63,971 nt of DNA, filler included, from an uncultured Methanoregulaceae archaeon (GCA_964530035.1; 12 parts of 12 records of this genome joined end to end with filler, not necessarily neighbours in it); one strand, 5' to 3'; positions 33,668-46,155 are shown, counted from the whole stretch's first letter. The notes: a model not told the origin generated them from the sequence alone. Numbers and translations are program-made.

Positions 33668-34141
33668 TTACAGGTTCAACGGGATTTTATAGTCCCCGAG
33701 GATCTGAAGGGCAAACTTCTGGTTTTCCTCGAGCGCCTGCTGGTCTTCGGGAGATGTTGCGATCCCCACGGCATAGAGGAGGAGAAGGGCATTATCCATT
33801 GAGAAAATGAAGGGGTCACGGTTTGGGTCCTGTGGCAGGTCGACACACAGCCACTGGCGGTCGGTCTCGTCAAAGATCGTGGAAAGCTCCGGTCGCGGGT
33901 CCGCCATCTCAAGCATGTCGCTCCGTTCACGGACCATTTCAAGTGCCTTTCTGATGGTTCCGGAAATCCCGGGGGATCCGGTAACAACCCCGAGAGCTGT
34001 TGCAGCATTCCGGGACGCATTCGTATACAATCCATACTTGAAGGACAGCACGGCCCCGGCGATCTCGTGTCCGGCGGCAGGATCAAAACCGGTTACCGAC
34101 TGTCGTACATGTCCAAGGTATTTTTCAAGATACGTCTTCAT
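33668..34141 (-). CDS. Hypothetical protein
   Basis: ORF overlapping the upstream gene's 3' end; start uncertain (34141 or 34177). Confidence 0.7.
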   Translation of the reverse strand: MKTYLEKYLGHVRQSVTGFDPAAGHEIAGAVLSFKYGLYTNASRNAATALGVVTGSPGISGTIRKALEMVRERSDMLEMADPRPELSTIFDETDRQWLCVDLPQDPNRDPFIFSMDNALLLLYAVGIATSPEDQQALEENQKFALQILGDYKIPLNL

Positions 34142-34556
34142 CAGGTGATTCCTCCGTTTCCTCGAACTCCCCGTCATCGTCCCCGCTCCTGTCCTCCTCC
34201 CTCGGGGTGGAATATTTCAGCTTAAGGCGTATGAGCAGGACGACCATGGTCGCCGCGAACAGCAGCTGGAGGAAGAGGTTCGGAGCCGTTTCAGACGGAA
34301 ACCAGAACATGACCATGGCATAGACCGGTGCCACGAGGGCCACGATGTCCCTTCTCGGAAGGATATAGGCATAAATACCCAGAAGGACCGAGCCGATGAA
34401 CGGACCCACCGAACCGAGCAGGGATTGCAGGTCAGGGGCCAGCAGGCCGGCCCTGATGAGCGCGTACACGATCAGTGGCCCTGAAAAGGAAAAAAGAGGG
34501 ATGAGAACATCATACACGGTGATCCGGTGTCTCGTATCGTTCAACGGTTGGTCCAT
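34125..34556 (-). CDS. Hypothetical membrane protein
   Basis: About 4 TMs and an acidic tail. Confidence 0.75.
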   Translation of the reverse strand: MDQPLNDTRHRITVYDVLIPLFSFSGPLIVYALIRAGLLAPDLQSLLGSVGPFIGSVLLGIYAYILPRRDIVALVAPVYAMVMFWFPSETAPNLFLQLLFAATMVVLLIRLKLKYSTPREEDRSGDDDGEFEETEESPDEDVS

Positions 34557-34683
34557 GCGCCTATCCCTATACCTTTTTGCCCTGTTGCCCATAAGCATTG
34601 GCACAAAGAAATACCTGATTCCCGAATACCGCCCGTCGTAGCCATTCCCATACGGTTATCAGGATCCGGAGCGAGATCTGACT

Positions 34684-35709
34684 ATGAAGGTCTGCATCAT
34701 GTGCGGGGGTGAGGGGACCCGCCTGCGCCCGCTGACCTTTGATCGCCCCAAGCCCTGCATCCCGATCTGTAACCGTCCCTCGATCGAGCACCTGGTATCC
34801 CACCTCGCGAACCTCGGGTTCAGGGACGTTATCCTTACCCTCGGTTACATGGGCAGGTCTATCGAGGAGTCGCTTGGAGACGGTTCGCTCTTTGGAATCA
34901 ACATCACGTATGTCCACGAGACGACGAAACTCGGGACGGCGGGGAGTGTCAAGAATGCCCAGGAGTACCTTGACAGCCAGCCGTTTCTCGTGGTCGGCGG
35001 TGACCACGTGACGGATGTGAACCTCCTCGAGTTCTACCGGGAACACCAGCGGTCAAAGGCATTGTGCACCATAGGTCTCATCAGCATCGACAACCCCCAG
35101 GAATACGGCATCGCAGAGATTGACGTCGATTATAATATCCTGCGGTTCAAGGAAAAGCCAGCCCCTGGCGAGATATTTTCGAACCTTGCCTCGACCGGTA
35201 TGTATATGCTTGACCCTGAGATCTTCGATTATATCCCTGCCGGCGAGAAGTGCGACTTTGCCAGGGATGTGTTTCCGAAGCTCCTGGCAGAGGGAAAAAG
35301 TGTCAAGGCATGGCTTGCAAGGGACAACTGGTCGGACGTCGGGTCGCCTTCTTCGCTCCGTCAGGCTGAACAGTGGAAGCTCCGGGAGATCGCCTACACG
35401 AGCATCAGCGGGGACCTCTACATCAAGGGGTCACAGGTCCAGGGACCGGTCCAGCTGGGCGCCTCGATCACGCTTGGAGCACATTCCCGGATCATCGGGC
35501 CGGTTTCCATTGGATCCGGGACGAGTATAGGAGACCATGTCCTGATCGGACCCTACACCAGCATCGGTGAGCACTGCCTGATCAGGGCGAACAGCAAGAT
35601 CTTTTCCTCATCGATCTACAACCGGGTCGTCATCGGGGCGAACAGTACTGTTTCCGGTTCCATCATCGACAACGACACGGTCATCGGGGAGGACTGCAAC
35701 ATCGAGAAC
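34684..35709 (+). CDS. NDP-sugar synthase (mannose-1-phosphate guanylyltransferase-like), 3' truncated
   Basis: GGEGTRLRPLT..PK, GTAG, F.EKP and W.DVG motifs; hexapeptide repeats. Confidence 0.93.
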
Positions 35710-35809
35710 NNNNNNNNNNNNNNNNNNNNNNNNNNNNNNNNNNNNNNNNNNNNTTAATTAATTAANNNNNNNNNNNNNNNNNNNNNNNNNNNNNNNNNNN
35801 NNNNNNNNN

Positions 35810-36564
<755 letters not shown>

Positions 36565-36638
36565 CATCAATAAATTCTCATGGTGGAGAATCCCGGGGGC
36601 CCAGGGGACACGGGTAAGGTGAAAAGAGGGTTGAAGGA

Positions 36639-37718
36639 GTGAACGGCATGGTCAGTGAATCTCCACGGATCATCTCGTGGAACGTTACCCTGCGGTGTCC
36701 GCTGAAGTGCTCCCACTGCTACGTGGACGCGGGTGAACACGAGGCCCCGGGTGTGCTCTCGACACAGGAAGCGTTCTCGGTCATCGACCAGGTGAGACGT
36801 GCAGGGACGCCGGTTGTCGTGCTGAGCGGGGGGGAACCGCTCATGCGGGACGATATCTTTGAGATCGCATCCCATGGCACGGAACAGGGCCTCCGGATGG
36901 TCATGGGGACGAGCGGGGTGCTTCTCGATAAAAAGGCAGCGGAACGGCTCCGTCACGCAGGGGTACAAGCTGTTGCCGTGAGCCTTGACTCGGGGAGTCC
37001 AACCGTCCACGACGCGTACCGGGGGATGGACGGGGCATGGGAAAAAGCGGTTGCCGCCCTCACCCACTGCCGGGAATCAGGCATAGGGACCCAGGTGAAC
37101 ATGACCGTGATGCGGCCCGGGACAGGCGACGTGGAGGAGGTGGTGCGCCTGGGGACTTCACTGGGAGTCCGCGACTTCCAAGTCTTCCTGCCTGTTCCCA
37201 CAGGCCGTTCCGGGGGTGCCGGAAACGGGACACCTGGAGAGTACGAGGAGCTCATACGGGAGCTCCTGCTGCTTGGCCGCAAGACCGGGGTCCGTCTCCG
37301 CCCGACATGTGCACCCCAGTTCCGCCGTATCGCCGATGGTCTTGGTATCAGCGACCCGGGCTGGGGGAGGGGCTGTATCGCAGGGATATCCTACTGTCGG
37401 ATTTACGCGGACGGTGACGTGACGCCATGTCCTTACCTCCCGGTGGTGGCGGGAAATGTTAAAAAGACACCTTTCCATGAGATATGGTCCGGTTCGCCAG
37501 TATTTGCTGCACTCCGAGACCCGGGCCTCCTCCAGGGGAAGTGCGGGCGGTGCGGGTTTAAGACGGTCTGTGGCGGCTGCCGGGCCAGGGCGTACCGCGG
37601 GGGTGGAACGGTGTCTCCGATGGCCTGCGACGGGCTTGCCCCGCCGTCCGGCATCCCCGGGGATCTCTGTGCCGAGGACCCGTTCTGTCCGTACGAACCG
37701 GGAGGTGTGGCAGGGTGA
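36639..37718 (+). CDS. ahbD: Radical SAM/SPASM heme b synthase AhbD-like
   Basis: PRIISWNVT.RCxxxCxxC, PTCAPQF.RI, GCIAG, CxxCxxxxxCxxCRA motifs. Confidence 0.8.
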   Translation: MNGMVSESPRIISWNVTLRCPLKCSHCYVDAGEHEAPGVLSTQEAFSVIDQVRRAGTPVVVLSGGEPLMRDDIFEIASHGTEQGLRMVMGTSGVLLDKKAAERLRHAGVQAVAVSLDSGSPTVHDAYRGMDGAWEKAVAALTHCRESGIGTQVNMTVMRPGTGDVEEVVRLGTSLGVRDFQVFLPVPTGRSGGAGNGTPGEYEELIRELLLLGRKTGVRLRPTCAPQFRRIADGLGISDPGWGRGCIAGISYCRIYADGDVTPCPYLPVVAGNVKKTPFHEIWSGSPVFAALRDPGLLQGKCGRCGFKTVCGGCRARAYRGGGTVSPMACDGLAPPSGIPGDLCAEDPFCPYEPGGVAG

Positions 37719-38227
37719 CGGAACACTCCCTCCCGGACCACACGGACCTCTCTGTCCTTGAGGCCCTCCAGGACGACTTTCCCATCGTGCCCCGGCCGTT
37801 TCTTGAAATAGCACAGAGGACCGGGATATCCGAACAGGACCTCCTTGCCAGGCTGAAACGGCTGTCAGATACAGGAATACTCCGCGGGATATCCCCAGTC
37901 CTTGAAGCCCGGAATCTTGGGATCGGTTCAGCGACCCTGGTCGCTGCACATGTCCCTGAAGGAAGGGTCGCGGAGGTGGCGGCGATCATCAGCGGCTACC
38001 CGGAGGTATCCCATAACTTCCGGCGTGACCACCAATACTCCCTCTGGTTCACGATATGCGGGAAGGATGACAGGGAGGTCGTACGTGTCCTTCAAGAGAT
38101 CGCGGACCGGGCGGGGATCGCCCCTGAAAATCTCCTCAACCTCCCGACGGTTGAACGGCTGAAGATTGACGTGAGGTTTCCGTTCCTCACGAAGGGGCAG
38201 GGGGACAGCGGCCATGGACAGGGTTGA
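37715..38227 (+). CDS. ahbA: Siroheme decarboxylase alpha subunit
   Basis: LQDDFP..PRPF, VSHNFRR and WFT motifs. Confidence 0.88.
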   Translation: MTEHSLPDHTDLSVLEALQDDFPIVPRPFLEIAQRTGISEQDLLARLKRLSDTGILRGISPVLEARNLGIGSATLVAAHVPEGRVAEVAAIISGYPEVSHNFRRDHQYSLWFTICGKDDREVVRVLQEIADRAGIAPENLLNLPTVERLKIDVRFPFLTKGQGDSGHGQG

Positions 38228-38702
38228 CCGGGAGCTCCTCGCGGCCCTCGAGGACGGTATCCCCCTCGTGGAACAGCCGTACCGCGAGATCGGGAGGCGA
38301 CTCGGCCTTGCAGAGGAGGAGGTCCTCGCACGGGTCAGGCGCCTGAAGGAGGAAAGGGTCATCAGGAAGGTCAGGGCACGCATCAACCAGCGGCTTGCCG
38401 GGATAGAGGCAAACGCACTGGTCGCCTGGAGGCCGTGCGGAGACCGCGAGGAGGCAAATGCGGCCCATATTGCGGTCTCTCCGGCCATCACCCACTGCTA
38501 CAGGCGTAAACCTGTCCCGGGAAAGTGGGAATACACTATTTACACGGTGCACCATGGAAGGACCCGGGAGGCGGTCCTCGCCGAGGTCCGGGCGCTCTCG
38601 GAGGAAACAGGCATCGGCGAGTACCTCGTCCTGTTCAGCACCAAGGAGTTCAAGCGGGTCCCGAACGTGAGGATCGGGGAGAACGGGGGCGGCCTGGCAT
38701 GA
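38214..38702 (+). CDS. ahbB: Siroheme decarboxylase beta subunit
   Basis: THCYRR, YTVHHG and FSTKEFK motifs. Confidence 0.88.
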   Translation: MDRVDRELLAALEDGIPLVEQPYREIGRRLGLAEEEVLARVRRLKEERVIRKVRARINQRLAGIEANALVAWRPCGDREEANAAHIAVSPAITHCYRRKPVPGKWEYTIYTVHHGRTREAVLAEVRALSEETGIGEYLVLFSTKEFKRVPNVRIGENGGGLA

Positions 38703-39901
38703 ACCGGATCACCCAGTGCCTCCATGGCAGGGGGACGGTGAGCTCGGTTTTGAAACACCAGGGAAGGCCGGCTTCCGGGGTGCCCGGCCGGATGCTCGCC
38801 TTTACGGGAATGATACGGCCTGTCGTGTTCTGGAATGTCACGAACCGGTGCAACCTGTCGTGCAGGCACTGTTACGGGCAGTCCGGGCCGGAAGACCAGG
38901 GAGGTGCCGAGCTGACCACGGTAGAAGCCCTTGCCCTGATTGACGACCTTGGCGCAACGGGAGTCCCGCTCATCCTCTTCACCGGTGGAGAGCCGCTCAT
39001 GAGGGGGGACCTCTTCCAGCTGGCTGAACACGCCCGGTCACGGGGAATCATGACCGCCCTGAGCACGAACGGCACCCTTATCACGCCGGAAACCGCGGGG
39101 AGGATCAGGGAGAGCGGGATAGGGTACGCCGGGATCTCGCTTGACGGGAGCACTGCGGTGACCCACGATACGTTCCGCAATACCGTGGGGTCTTTTGAGA
39201 AGGCAACGGCCGCATTCGGACACTGCCGTGACGCCGGGGTCAGGTGCGGGGTGAGGGTTACCCTCACGCGGGAAAACCACAGGGAACTGGGAGCCCTCGT
39301 CGACCTTGCCCGGGACCTTGGAGCGTCCCGGTTCTGCCTGTACTGGCTCGTCCCCTCCGGGAGGGGACACGATCCCTACGACAGGCTCCAGCTCCGGCCT
39401 GGCGAGGTCACGGCGGCACTGGACCTCCTCTACGAAAAGGCCCGGGAGACCGGCCCGGGAGAGATGGAGTTCCTGACCGTGGACGCCCCCCAGGACTGTG
39501 TCCACCTGCTGGGATCGATGGAGCGTGACGGGTCGCCGGACCTCCCGGAGGCCCGCGACCTCGTAGTATCCCAGAAGGGGGGCTGCAGCGCCGGCGACCG
39601 CGTTGCAGACATCGACCCGTGGGGAAACGTGTACCCGTGCCAGTTCGCGAGGTTCCCGGATTTCCTCGTCGGAAACGTCAGGGAACGTCCCTTTTCCGGA
39701 CTGTGGCAGGATGCGGCCAACCCTGTGCTCTCGCGTTTCAGGGCGGAAAAACGGCGTGCCGGAGGTGCATGCAGCACGTGCAGCCATTCCGACCTCTGCG
39801 GCGGTGGGTGCAGGGTCAGGGCGCATGTCCTCACGGGAGACTTCCTGGCACAGGACCCGTTCTGTTATGTCCATCCGCCTGATGCCGGGGCGGGTGACTG
39901 A
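38699..39901 (+). CDS. ahbC: Radical SAM/SPASM Fe-coproporphyrin III synthase AhbC-like
   Basis: N-terminal extension, PVVFWNVT..CNLSCRHCY, YAGISLDG, LTVD motifs; start at ATGA overlap. Confidence 0.82.
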   Translation: MNRITQCLHGRGTVSSVLKHQGRPASGVPGRMLAFTGMIRPVVFWNVTNRCNLSCRHCYGQSGPEDQGGAELTTVEALALIDDLGATGVPLILFTGGEPLMRGDLFQLAEHARSRGIMTALSTNGTLITPETAGRIRESGIGYAGISLDGSTAVTHDTFRNTVGSFEKATAAFGHCRDAGVRCGVRVTLTRENHRELGALVDLARDLGASRFCLYWLVPSGRGHDPYDRLQLRPGEVTAALDLLYEKARETGPGEMEFLTVDAPQDCVHLLGSMERDGSPDLPEARDLVVSQKGGCSAGDRVADIDPWGNVYPCQFARFPDFLVGNVRERPFSGLWQDAANPVLSRFRAEKRRAGGACSTCSHSDLCGGGCRVRAHVLTGDFLAQDPFCYVHPPDAGAGD

Positions 39902-40012
39902 AGGGTATGAGCCCTTTTTCCCAGAGTGGCAGGGGGCCCTGAAACCAGGGCTCTCCGGCCTGGTCCCCGGTGCCAGGCGCGGGTCGTGGCGGGGGCACCC
40001 GCTGGCCAGGGC

Positions 40013-41249
40013 TTACCCTTTTTCAGTGACTCTAAACTCTTCTTTCGGAACAAGGATCTCGAAACGCGCCCCCTTTCCAGGCGTACCGGTCTCCCGGATC
40101 GTGATACCGGTGAGGGCGAGGATCTCCCGGGCGAGGAACAGCCCGAGCCCGGTGTTCTTCCCATACTCCGCGTCGAATATTGTTTCTTTTTCTCCGTCAG
40201 GGATCCCGACCCCGTTGTCCTCCCATACGACCATGAGCCCGTCTCCCGAAACCTCCGCAAAGACTGTTATCTGGGTCACATGTTCCCCGTGACGGAGCGA
40301 GTTGTCAAGGAGGTTGAAAAAGACCTTTTCAAGCATCGGGTCGGCAAACACCGAGTAGTCCCCGACCATTGAGGTGAACGTGACGGACGACGGGACGTGA
40401 CGGGCAGGCATGGCCTGTTCGAGCGGGACCCACAGGGGTTCGTTTGTACCGAGGTCCTTGTAGACGCGGGTGAACTCAATCTGGTACTGGATGGCCTTCG
40501 TGACCGCGTCGATCTGCTCGAAGTACTCGTCAAGGGCCGGGTCGCGGTTCTTCGAACGGGCCAGTGCCAGGAAACCGAGCACCGTCAGGGTCTTGTTGAG
40601 TATGTCGTGGCGGGTGATGCCGGAGAGGAGGTTGAGCTGCCGGTTTGCCATCTTCAGAGCGTCCCCGGTCTTCTTTCGCTCGGTGATGTCCTCGATGGTC
40701 GAGAGGATGTGGGGCTTTCCCGCTATCGCCACCTGGCTTGAGGACATGAGGCAGTCCCGCTTTTCACCGTTCTTAATCCGGCAGGCGATTTCCATGCCCT
40801 GGACGTGCATCGTCTCCCTGATGCGGGTGTGCATCTGCTGGCGTTCATCAGGGTCCGGGAACAGGGCCAGCTCTTCGGAGGTCTTCCCTATGACCTCCTC
40901 GCGGCTGTACCCGGTATTCCTGACAAAGGTATCGTTCAGTGCGAAGCCTCCTGTAACATACAGGATTTCTNNNNNNNNNNAACCGGCCATCCGTTGCAGA
41001 CACGAGCGTGAGAGCCACGGGATTGCTCCTGAACATTGTTGTGAACGTGTTTTCCGACTCGAGGTGCCGCTCTTCCTCCTCCCGCCGTTCCGTTATGTCC
41101 CGCATCGAGATGAGGATGGCCTGCGTGTCCTGGAACCGGATGTTCTTCCCGATGCACTCGACCCAGAGCTCCCGTTGCGTGTCCGTGAGGATCTTGTACC
41201 GTACCAGGTAAGCATCGGTGCCTTCGGCTACCTTTTTGAGGTCCCGGAG
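40013..41249 (-). CDS. PAS histidine kinase, C-terminal part (10-N gap at 40971-40980)
   Basis: ITRHDILN H-box, NLLDNS N-box, DNGVG, GLGLF motifs. Confidence 0.9.
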
Positions 41250-41349
41250 NNNNNNNNNNNNNNNNNNNNNNNNNNNNNNNNNNNNNNNNNNNNTTAATTA
41301 ATTAANNNNNNNNNNNNNNNNNNNNNNNNNNNNNNNNNNNNNNNNNNNN

Positions 41350-42704
41350 CCTATGTGGATGTCGCTGCGTATACAGGTTTTCCGGAGATGATGGGTGGCA
41401 GGGTCAAGACGCTTCACCCGAGAGTCCATGGAGGACTGCTTGGGAGGCGGGGGACTGATGATGCAGTCATGGATGAACACGGGATCGTGTCCATCGATCT
41501 CCTTGTCGTGAACCTCTATCCCTTTGAGCGCATGTCCGATCAGGCATTATCCCTGCCAGAACTCATCGAGTTCATCGATGTCGGCGGGCCTGCGATGATC
41601 CGTGCGGCTGCGAAAAATTACAAGGACGTGGCGGTCATCACCGATCCCGCCGATTATCCGCTGGTCTCTGATGCAATCAAAAGAGGAGGCTTCACCGGGG
41701 ATGAGCGGTTTACTCTTGCAATCAAGGCATTTTCCAGAACTGCTGCATATGATGCCGCGATCAGCAACCACCTGGGTTCTATCGGGACTTCCTTTCCTCC
41801 TACTCTCACCCTGCAGTTCTGTAACGGGCGGCCTCTCCGTTACGGTGAGAACCCGCACCAGGAGGGGGCGATATACGGTGTAACCGGGATTGCCGGTGCG
41901 GTACCTTTCCAGGGAAAACAGATGTCCTATAACAATTATCTTGATTTGAACTCCGCCTCAGCCCTGGTCCGTGAGTTTGAAGAGCCCTGCGCGGTTATCG
42001 TCAAACACAACAACCCCTGCGGGGTGGCATCGGGACCGAACCTCCTCCAGGCATATGTTGAGGCAAGGGAAGCGGACCCTGTTTCTGCTTACGGTTCAGT
42101 TGTCGTATTGAACCGCGAGGTGACGCGTCCCCTCGCCGAGGAAGTCGTAAAAACCTTTGTGGAGGTCCTTGCAGCCCCCTCCTTCACCCCGGAAGCACGC
42201 GATATCCTTTCGGGCAAGGAAAACCTGCGGATCATCGTCCTCGGTTCCCCGGTGAACGGAGTGGAAGTACGGTCGATCGAGGGAGGGCTGCTCGTTCAGA
42301 AGACCCCGTACAACAGGGAACACTGGAAGGTCGTCACCGACAGGGACCCGACTCCTGCCGAATGGAGTGCCCTCCAGCTCGCATGGAAGGTATGCGCGCA
42401 CACGAGGAGCAATGCCATCGTCTTTGCGAACCAGTTCAGGACCCTTGGGATAGGTGCCGGACAGATGAGCCGGGTCGATTCGGCCAAGATCGCAATGCAG
42501 AAAGCCAGCGGTTCTCTGAAAGGTTCGGCGGTGGGCTCGGATGCCTTCCTGCCGTTCCCTGATACCCTTGAAGTTGCCGCATCTGCGGGGGCAACTGCAC
42601 TGGTCCAGCCAGGTGGTTCGATACGTGATGATGAGGTTATTACAGTGGCGAACAGGCTCGGAGTCGCCATGGTCTTCACCGGTACGCGGCACTTCAAACA
42701 CTGA
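41350..42704 (+). CDS. purH: Bifunctional AICAR transformylase/IMP cyclohydrolase (5' truncated)
   Basis: GRVKTLHP, IDVGGP, RYGENPHQ, KHNNPCG and GQMSRVD motifs. Confidence 0.97.
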
Positions 42705-42793
42705 ACCGGGGTACGATCCGGGCTCCCTCCCTTTTTGAGATGAAACGAGGTACCCTCGTCGCCCTCCTTTCATACAGGGCTTTTTCTGAACGA

Positions 42794-42990
42794 TTTAAAG
42801 AGAACCCCCAGTATGGTATGTCCTGTCAGAGGCAGGTGGAGCCTGTTTTGAAATACACAACCGGGAAAAAAGAAATGCTGCGCTGACCGTTTGGTTGAAC
42901 ACAGATCCCTACGAGTGAACCAGGATGGTGCTGGTAACCGCTGTCTTTTATACGGCAGTTTCCATACACTCCTATGTGGTGGAATTTTCC
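42794..42990 (+). promoter_or_regulatory. Putative TATA box (TTTAAA 42794) and ~165-nt hairpin-rich leader of the cimA operon
   Basis: Five consecutive stems, several with G-U pairs on the + strand; the last one covers the GGTGGA SD. Confidence 0.45.
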
Positions 42991-44479
42991 ATGACAGATC
43001 GTTTTATTCTCTGAAAGGATCCGTTTTTTCGACACTACCCTGCGTGACGGGGAACAGACCCCGGGCGTTTCGCTCTCACCTGAAGCGAAGTGTGAAATTG
43101 CAGCGAAATTATCTGATATCGGTGTTTCGGTCATCGAAGCCGGATCTGCCGCTGCATCCGAGGGGGAACGTGAAGCTATCAGAAAGATCGCCGGAGCAGG
43201 TCTTAAGGCTGAGATTTGCACCTATGTCCGTGCTCTCCGGGAGGACATCGATTACGCTGCCGATCTCGGGGCCGACTCGGTTCACCTTGTGGTTCCGTCC
43301 AGCGACCTTCATATCCAGAAAAAACTGCGGAAGACAAGGGATCAAGTCCTGGAGATGGCGTTTTCCGCGGTTATGTATGCCAGGGACCGCGGCCTTAAAG
43401 TTGAGCTCTCGGCCGAGGACGCATCGAGGGCTGACCCGGGATATCTCCTCTCCCTGTTCAGGGGAGGCGTGGAACGAGGGGCCGACCGTTTGTGTTTCTG
43501 CGACACGGTAGGGTTGCTTACCCCCGAACGGGCGTCAGAGGTTATTCCTCCGCTCTGTGTTGCGCCACTGTCAATACATTGTCATAATGACCTTGGCTTT
43601 GCCCTGGCCACCACGGTTTCCGCCATCAGGGCCGGGGCTGGTTGTGCGCATACAACCGTGAACGGACTGGGCGAACGGGCTGGAAATACAGCATTCGAGG
43701 AGCTCGTCATGTCGCTCGAAGTCCTTTACGGCTGTCGGACCGGCATCAGGACAGAGGAGATATATCCCCTTTCGTCGCTGGTCTCACGTCTTACCGGGAT
43801 TCCCCTTGCGACAAACAAGGCCATAGTGGGAGAGATGGCCTTTACCCATGAAAGCGGTATCCATGCCCACGGAGTGCTCAAGGAACCAAGTACGTACGAG
43901 CCGGTACGCCCTGAATCCGTGGGCCGGAGACGCCGGATCGTCCTGGGCAAGCATTCGGGGTCGGCATCAGTTGATGCGGCACTGTCCGAGTTGAACTATC
44001 ACCCTGATGAACCCCAGAAAAAGGAGATCCTCAAGAGGATCAAGGTACTTGGCGATGAAGGAAAACGGGTCACCGATGCCGACCTTATGGCAATAGCAGA
44101 GGCGGTCATGGGTCTTACCTGCCAGCCGACCCTGAAGCTCCGTCAAGTGACGGTAGTCTCTGGTAATACCGTCATTCCGACAGCATCCGTAACCCTTGTC
44201 GTCAAGGGTGAGGAGGTCACCGGGGCAGCAACTGGAACGGGTCCTGTGGATGCCGCCATAGAGGCACTCAGGAAGTCGGTTGCCGACGTTGCTGATATCA
44301 GGCTCGAGGAATATCACGTCGATGCCATTCGCGGCGGGACCGACGCCCTTGTCGATGTGACGGTGCGTCTTGCGAAAGACGGAAAAATCATTACGTCACG
44401 GGGCGCCCGTACAGATATTATCATGGCATCCGTGGAGGCAGTGATATCCGGGATGAACCGGCTTATTGGGAGGGAATGA
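42991..44479 (+). CDS. cimA: (R)-citramalate synthase (LeuA family); ATG is out of frame with the enzyme frame
   Basis: [14 protein letters not shown] (from ~43025), [19 protein letters not shown] and GPVDA motifs; regulatory domain; upstream of ilvBN. Confidence 0.85.
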
Positions 44480-46155
44480 TGAAGAACGGAGCACGGATAC
44501 TGATTGAAAGTTTGAAAAGGGAGGGCGTATCGACAATCTTCGGGTATCCCGGGGGCTCTGTCCTCCCGATATACGACGAGCTGTACGACTCGGACCTCCA
44601 GCACATTCTTGTGAGGCATGAACAGGCCGCAGCCCATGCTGCCGATGGATACGCAAGGGCGAGCGGCAGGGTCGGGGTTTGCCTTGCCACGTCCGGGCCG
44701 GGGGCCTGCAACCTCGTCACAGGCATTGCCACTGCATACATGGACTCAGTACCCGTCGTTGCCATAACCGGACAGGTCCCGACCGGCATGCTGGGAAACG
44801 ACGCTTTCCAGGAGTCGGACATAACCGGGATTACTCTCCCGGTGACCAAGCACAATTACCTTGTAAAACGAACGGAAGACCTTGCACGGGTCATCAGGGA
44901 AGCCTTTTTCATATCAGGTACCGGAAGGCCCGGCCCGGTCCTGGTCGACCTTCCGAAGGACGTCAATACAAGGGAGATAGAGTACAAACCTCCTTCGGAT
45001 GAGGAGATGCAGATACGGGGATACAAACCGACCTTCAGGGGGCATCCCAAACAGATAGCCCGGGCGCTTGAGTTCCTGCTCGAGGCAGAAAGGCCGGTGA
45101 TATATGCCGGTGGCGGGGTGATCTCATCAGGCGCCTCGCCGGAGCTTATCGCGCTTGCAGAACGTCTCTCCATACCCGTCACCACGACGCTCATGGGCCT
45201 CGGGTGTTTCCCGGGTGATCATCCCCTGAATCTCGGCATGCTCGGGATGCACGGGACCGAGTACGCCAACTTTGCAGTCACTGAAAGCGATTGCCTGCTG
45301 GCGGTCGGGGCCAGGTTCGACGACCGTGTCACGGGCAAGGTGGACACCTTCGCGCCTCATGCCTCGATTATTCATATCGATATTGACCCGGCTGAAATTG
45401 GTAAGAACAAGCCTGTTGATGTACCCATCGTCGGTGACGTCCGCTCTATCCTTGCCGATATGCTTGCAATGCTGAAAAGGGACGCATCACATGACGCCTG
45501 GGTCGAACGTGTCAGGACATGGAAGAAGAAGCACCCGCTCCGGTTCCGCGATGACGGCTCTCTGCGTCCCCAGATGGTCGTAAAGGCATTATCAGATGTC
45601 CTGTCACCTGACGGCATCATCGTGAGCGAGGTCGGCCAGAACCAGATGTGGGCCGCCCAGTACTATGTCTTCAGGAAACCCCGGACGTGGATAAGCTCCG
45701 GAGGGCTTGGGACGATGGGGTACGGTTTTCCGGCGGCGATCGGTGCAGCATATGCATGCCCGGACTCCCAGGTCTTTGACATAGCGGGCGACGGCTCCAT
45801 CCAGATGAATATTCAGGAACTCGGAACAGCAGCCCAGTATAAAGTTCCAGTGAGGATTGCAATCCTCAACAATCAGTACCTGGGAATGGTCAGGCAATGG
45901 CAGGAACTCTTCTATGACCGGAGGTATGCCTACACAGAGCTCCCTCCTGTTGACTTCGTGAGGATTGCAGAAGCGTACGGCGTGGATGGCATCAGGGTAG
46001 AGGAAAAAGAGGAGATCGCCCCTGCAATACATGCAGCAATGGAAGCTGAAGGACCGTTTGTCCTGGATTTCCGCGTTACCAGGGAGGAGAATGTATTTCC
46101 GATGGTTCCTGCCGGGGCGGCAATCAACGAAATGATTGGAGGTCACAAGCAATGA
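44476..46155 (+). CDS. ilvB: Acetolactate synthase large subunit
   Basis: FGYPGG, RHEQ, TSGPG, RFDDR and GDGS..N TPP motifs. Confidence 0.96.
   Translation: MMKNGARILIESLKREGVSTIFGYPGGSVLPIYDELYDSDLQHILVRHEQAAAHAADGYARASGRVGVCLATSGPGACNLVTGIATAYMDSVPVVAITGQVPTGMLGNDAFQESDITGITLPVTKHNYLVKRTEDLARVIREAFFISGTGRPGPVLVDLPKDVNTREIEYKPPSDEEMQIRGYKPTFRGHPKQIARALEFLLEAERPVIYAGGGVISSGASPELIALAERLSIPVTTTLMGLGCFPGDHPLNLGMLGMHGTEYANFAVTESDCLLAVGARFDDRVTGKVDTFAPHASIIHIDIDPAEIGKNKPVDVPIVGDVRSILADMLAMLKRDASHDAWVERVRTWKKKHPLRFRDDGSLRPQMVVKALSDVLSPDGIIVSEVGQNQMWAAQYYVFRKPRTWISSGGLGTMGYGFPAAIGAAYACPDSQVFDIAGDGSIQMNIQELGTAAQYKVPVRIAILNNQYLGMVRQWQELFYDRRYAYTELPPVDFVRIAEAYGVDGIRVEEKEEIAPAIHAAMEAEGPFVLDFRVTREENVFPMVPAGAAINEMIGGHKQ

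Noticed and set aside
40940..40990. Apparent frame change in the histidine kinase
   Set aside because: Coincides with a 10-N scaffold gap; flanking residues look misjoined.
43289..44479. GTG 43289 as the cimA start
   Set aside because: Would omit the essential DTTLRDGEQ catalytic region.
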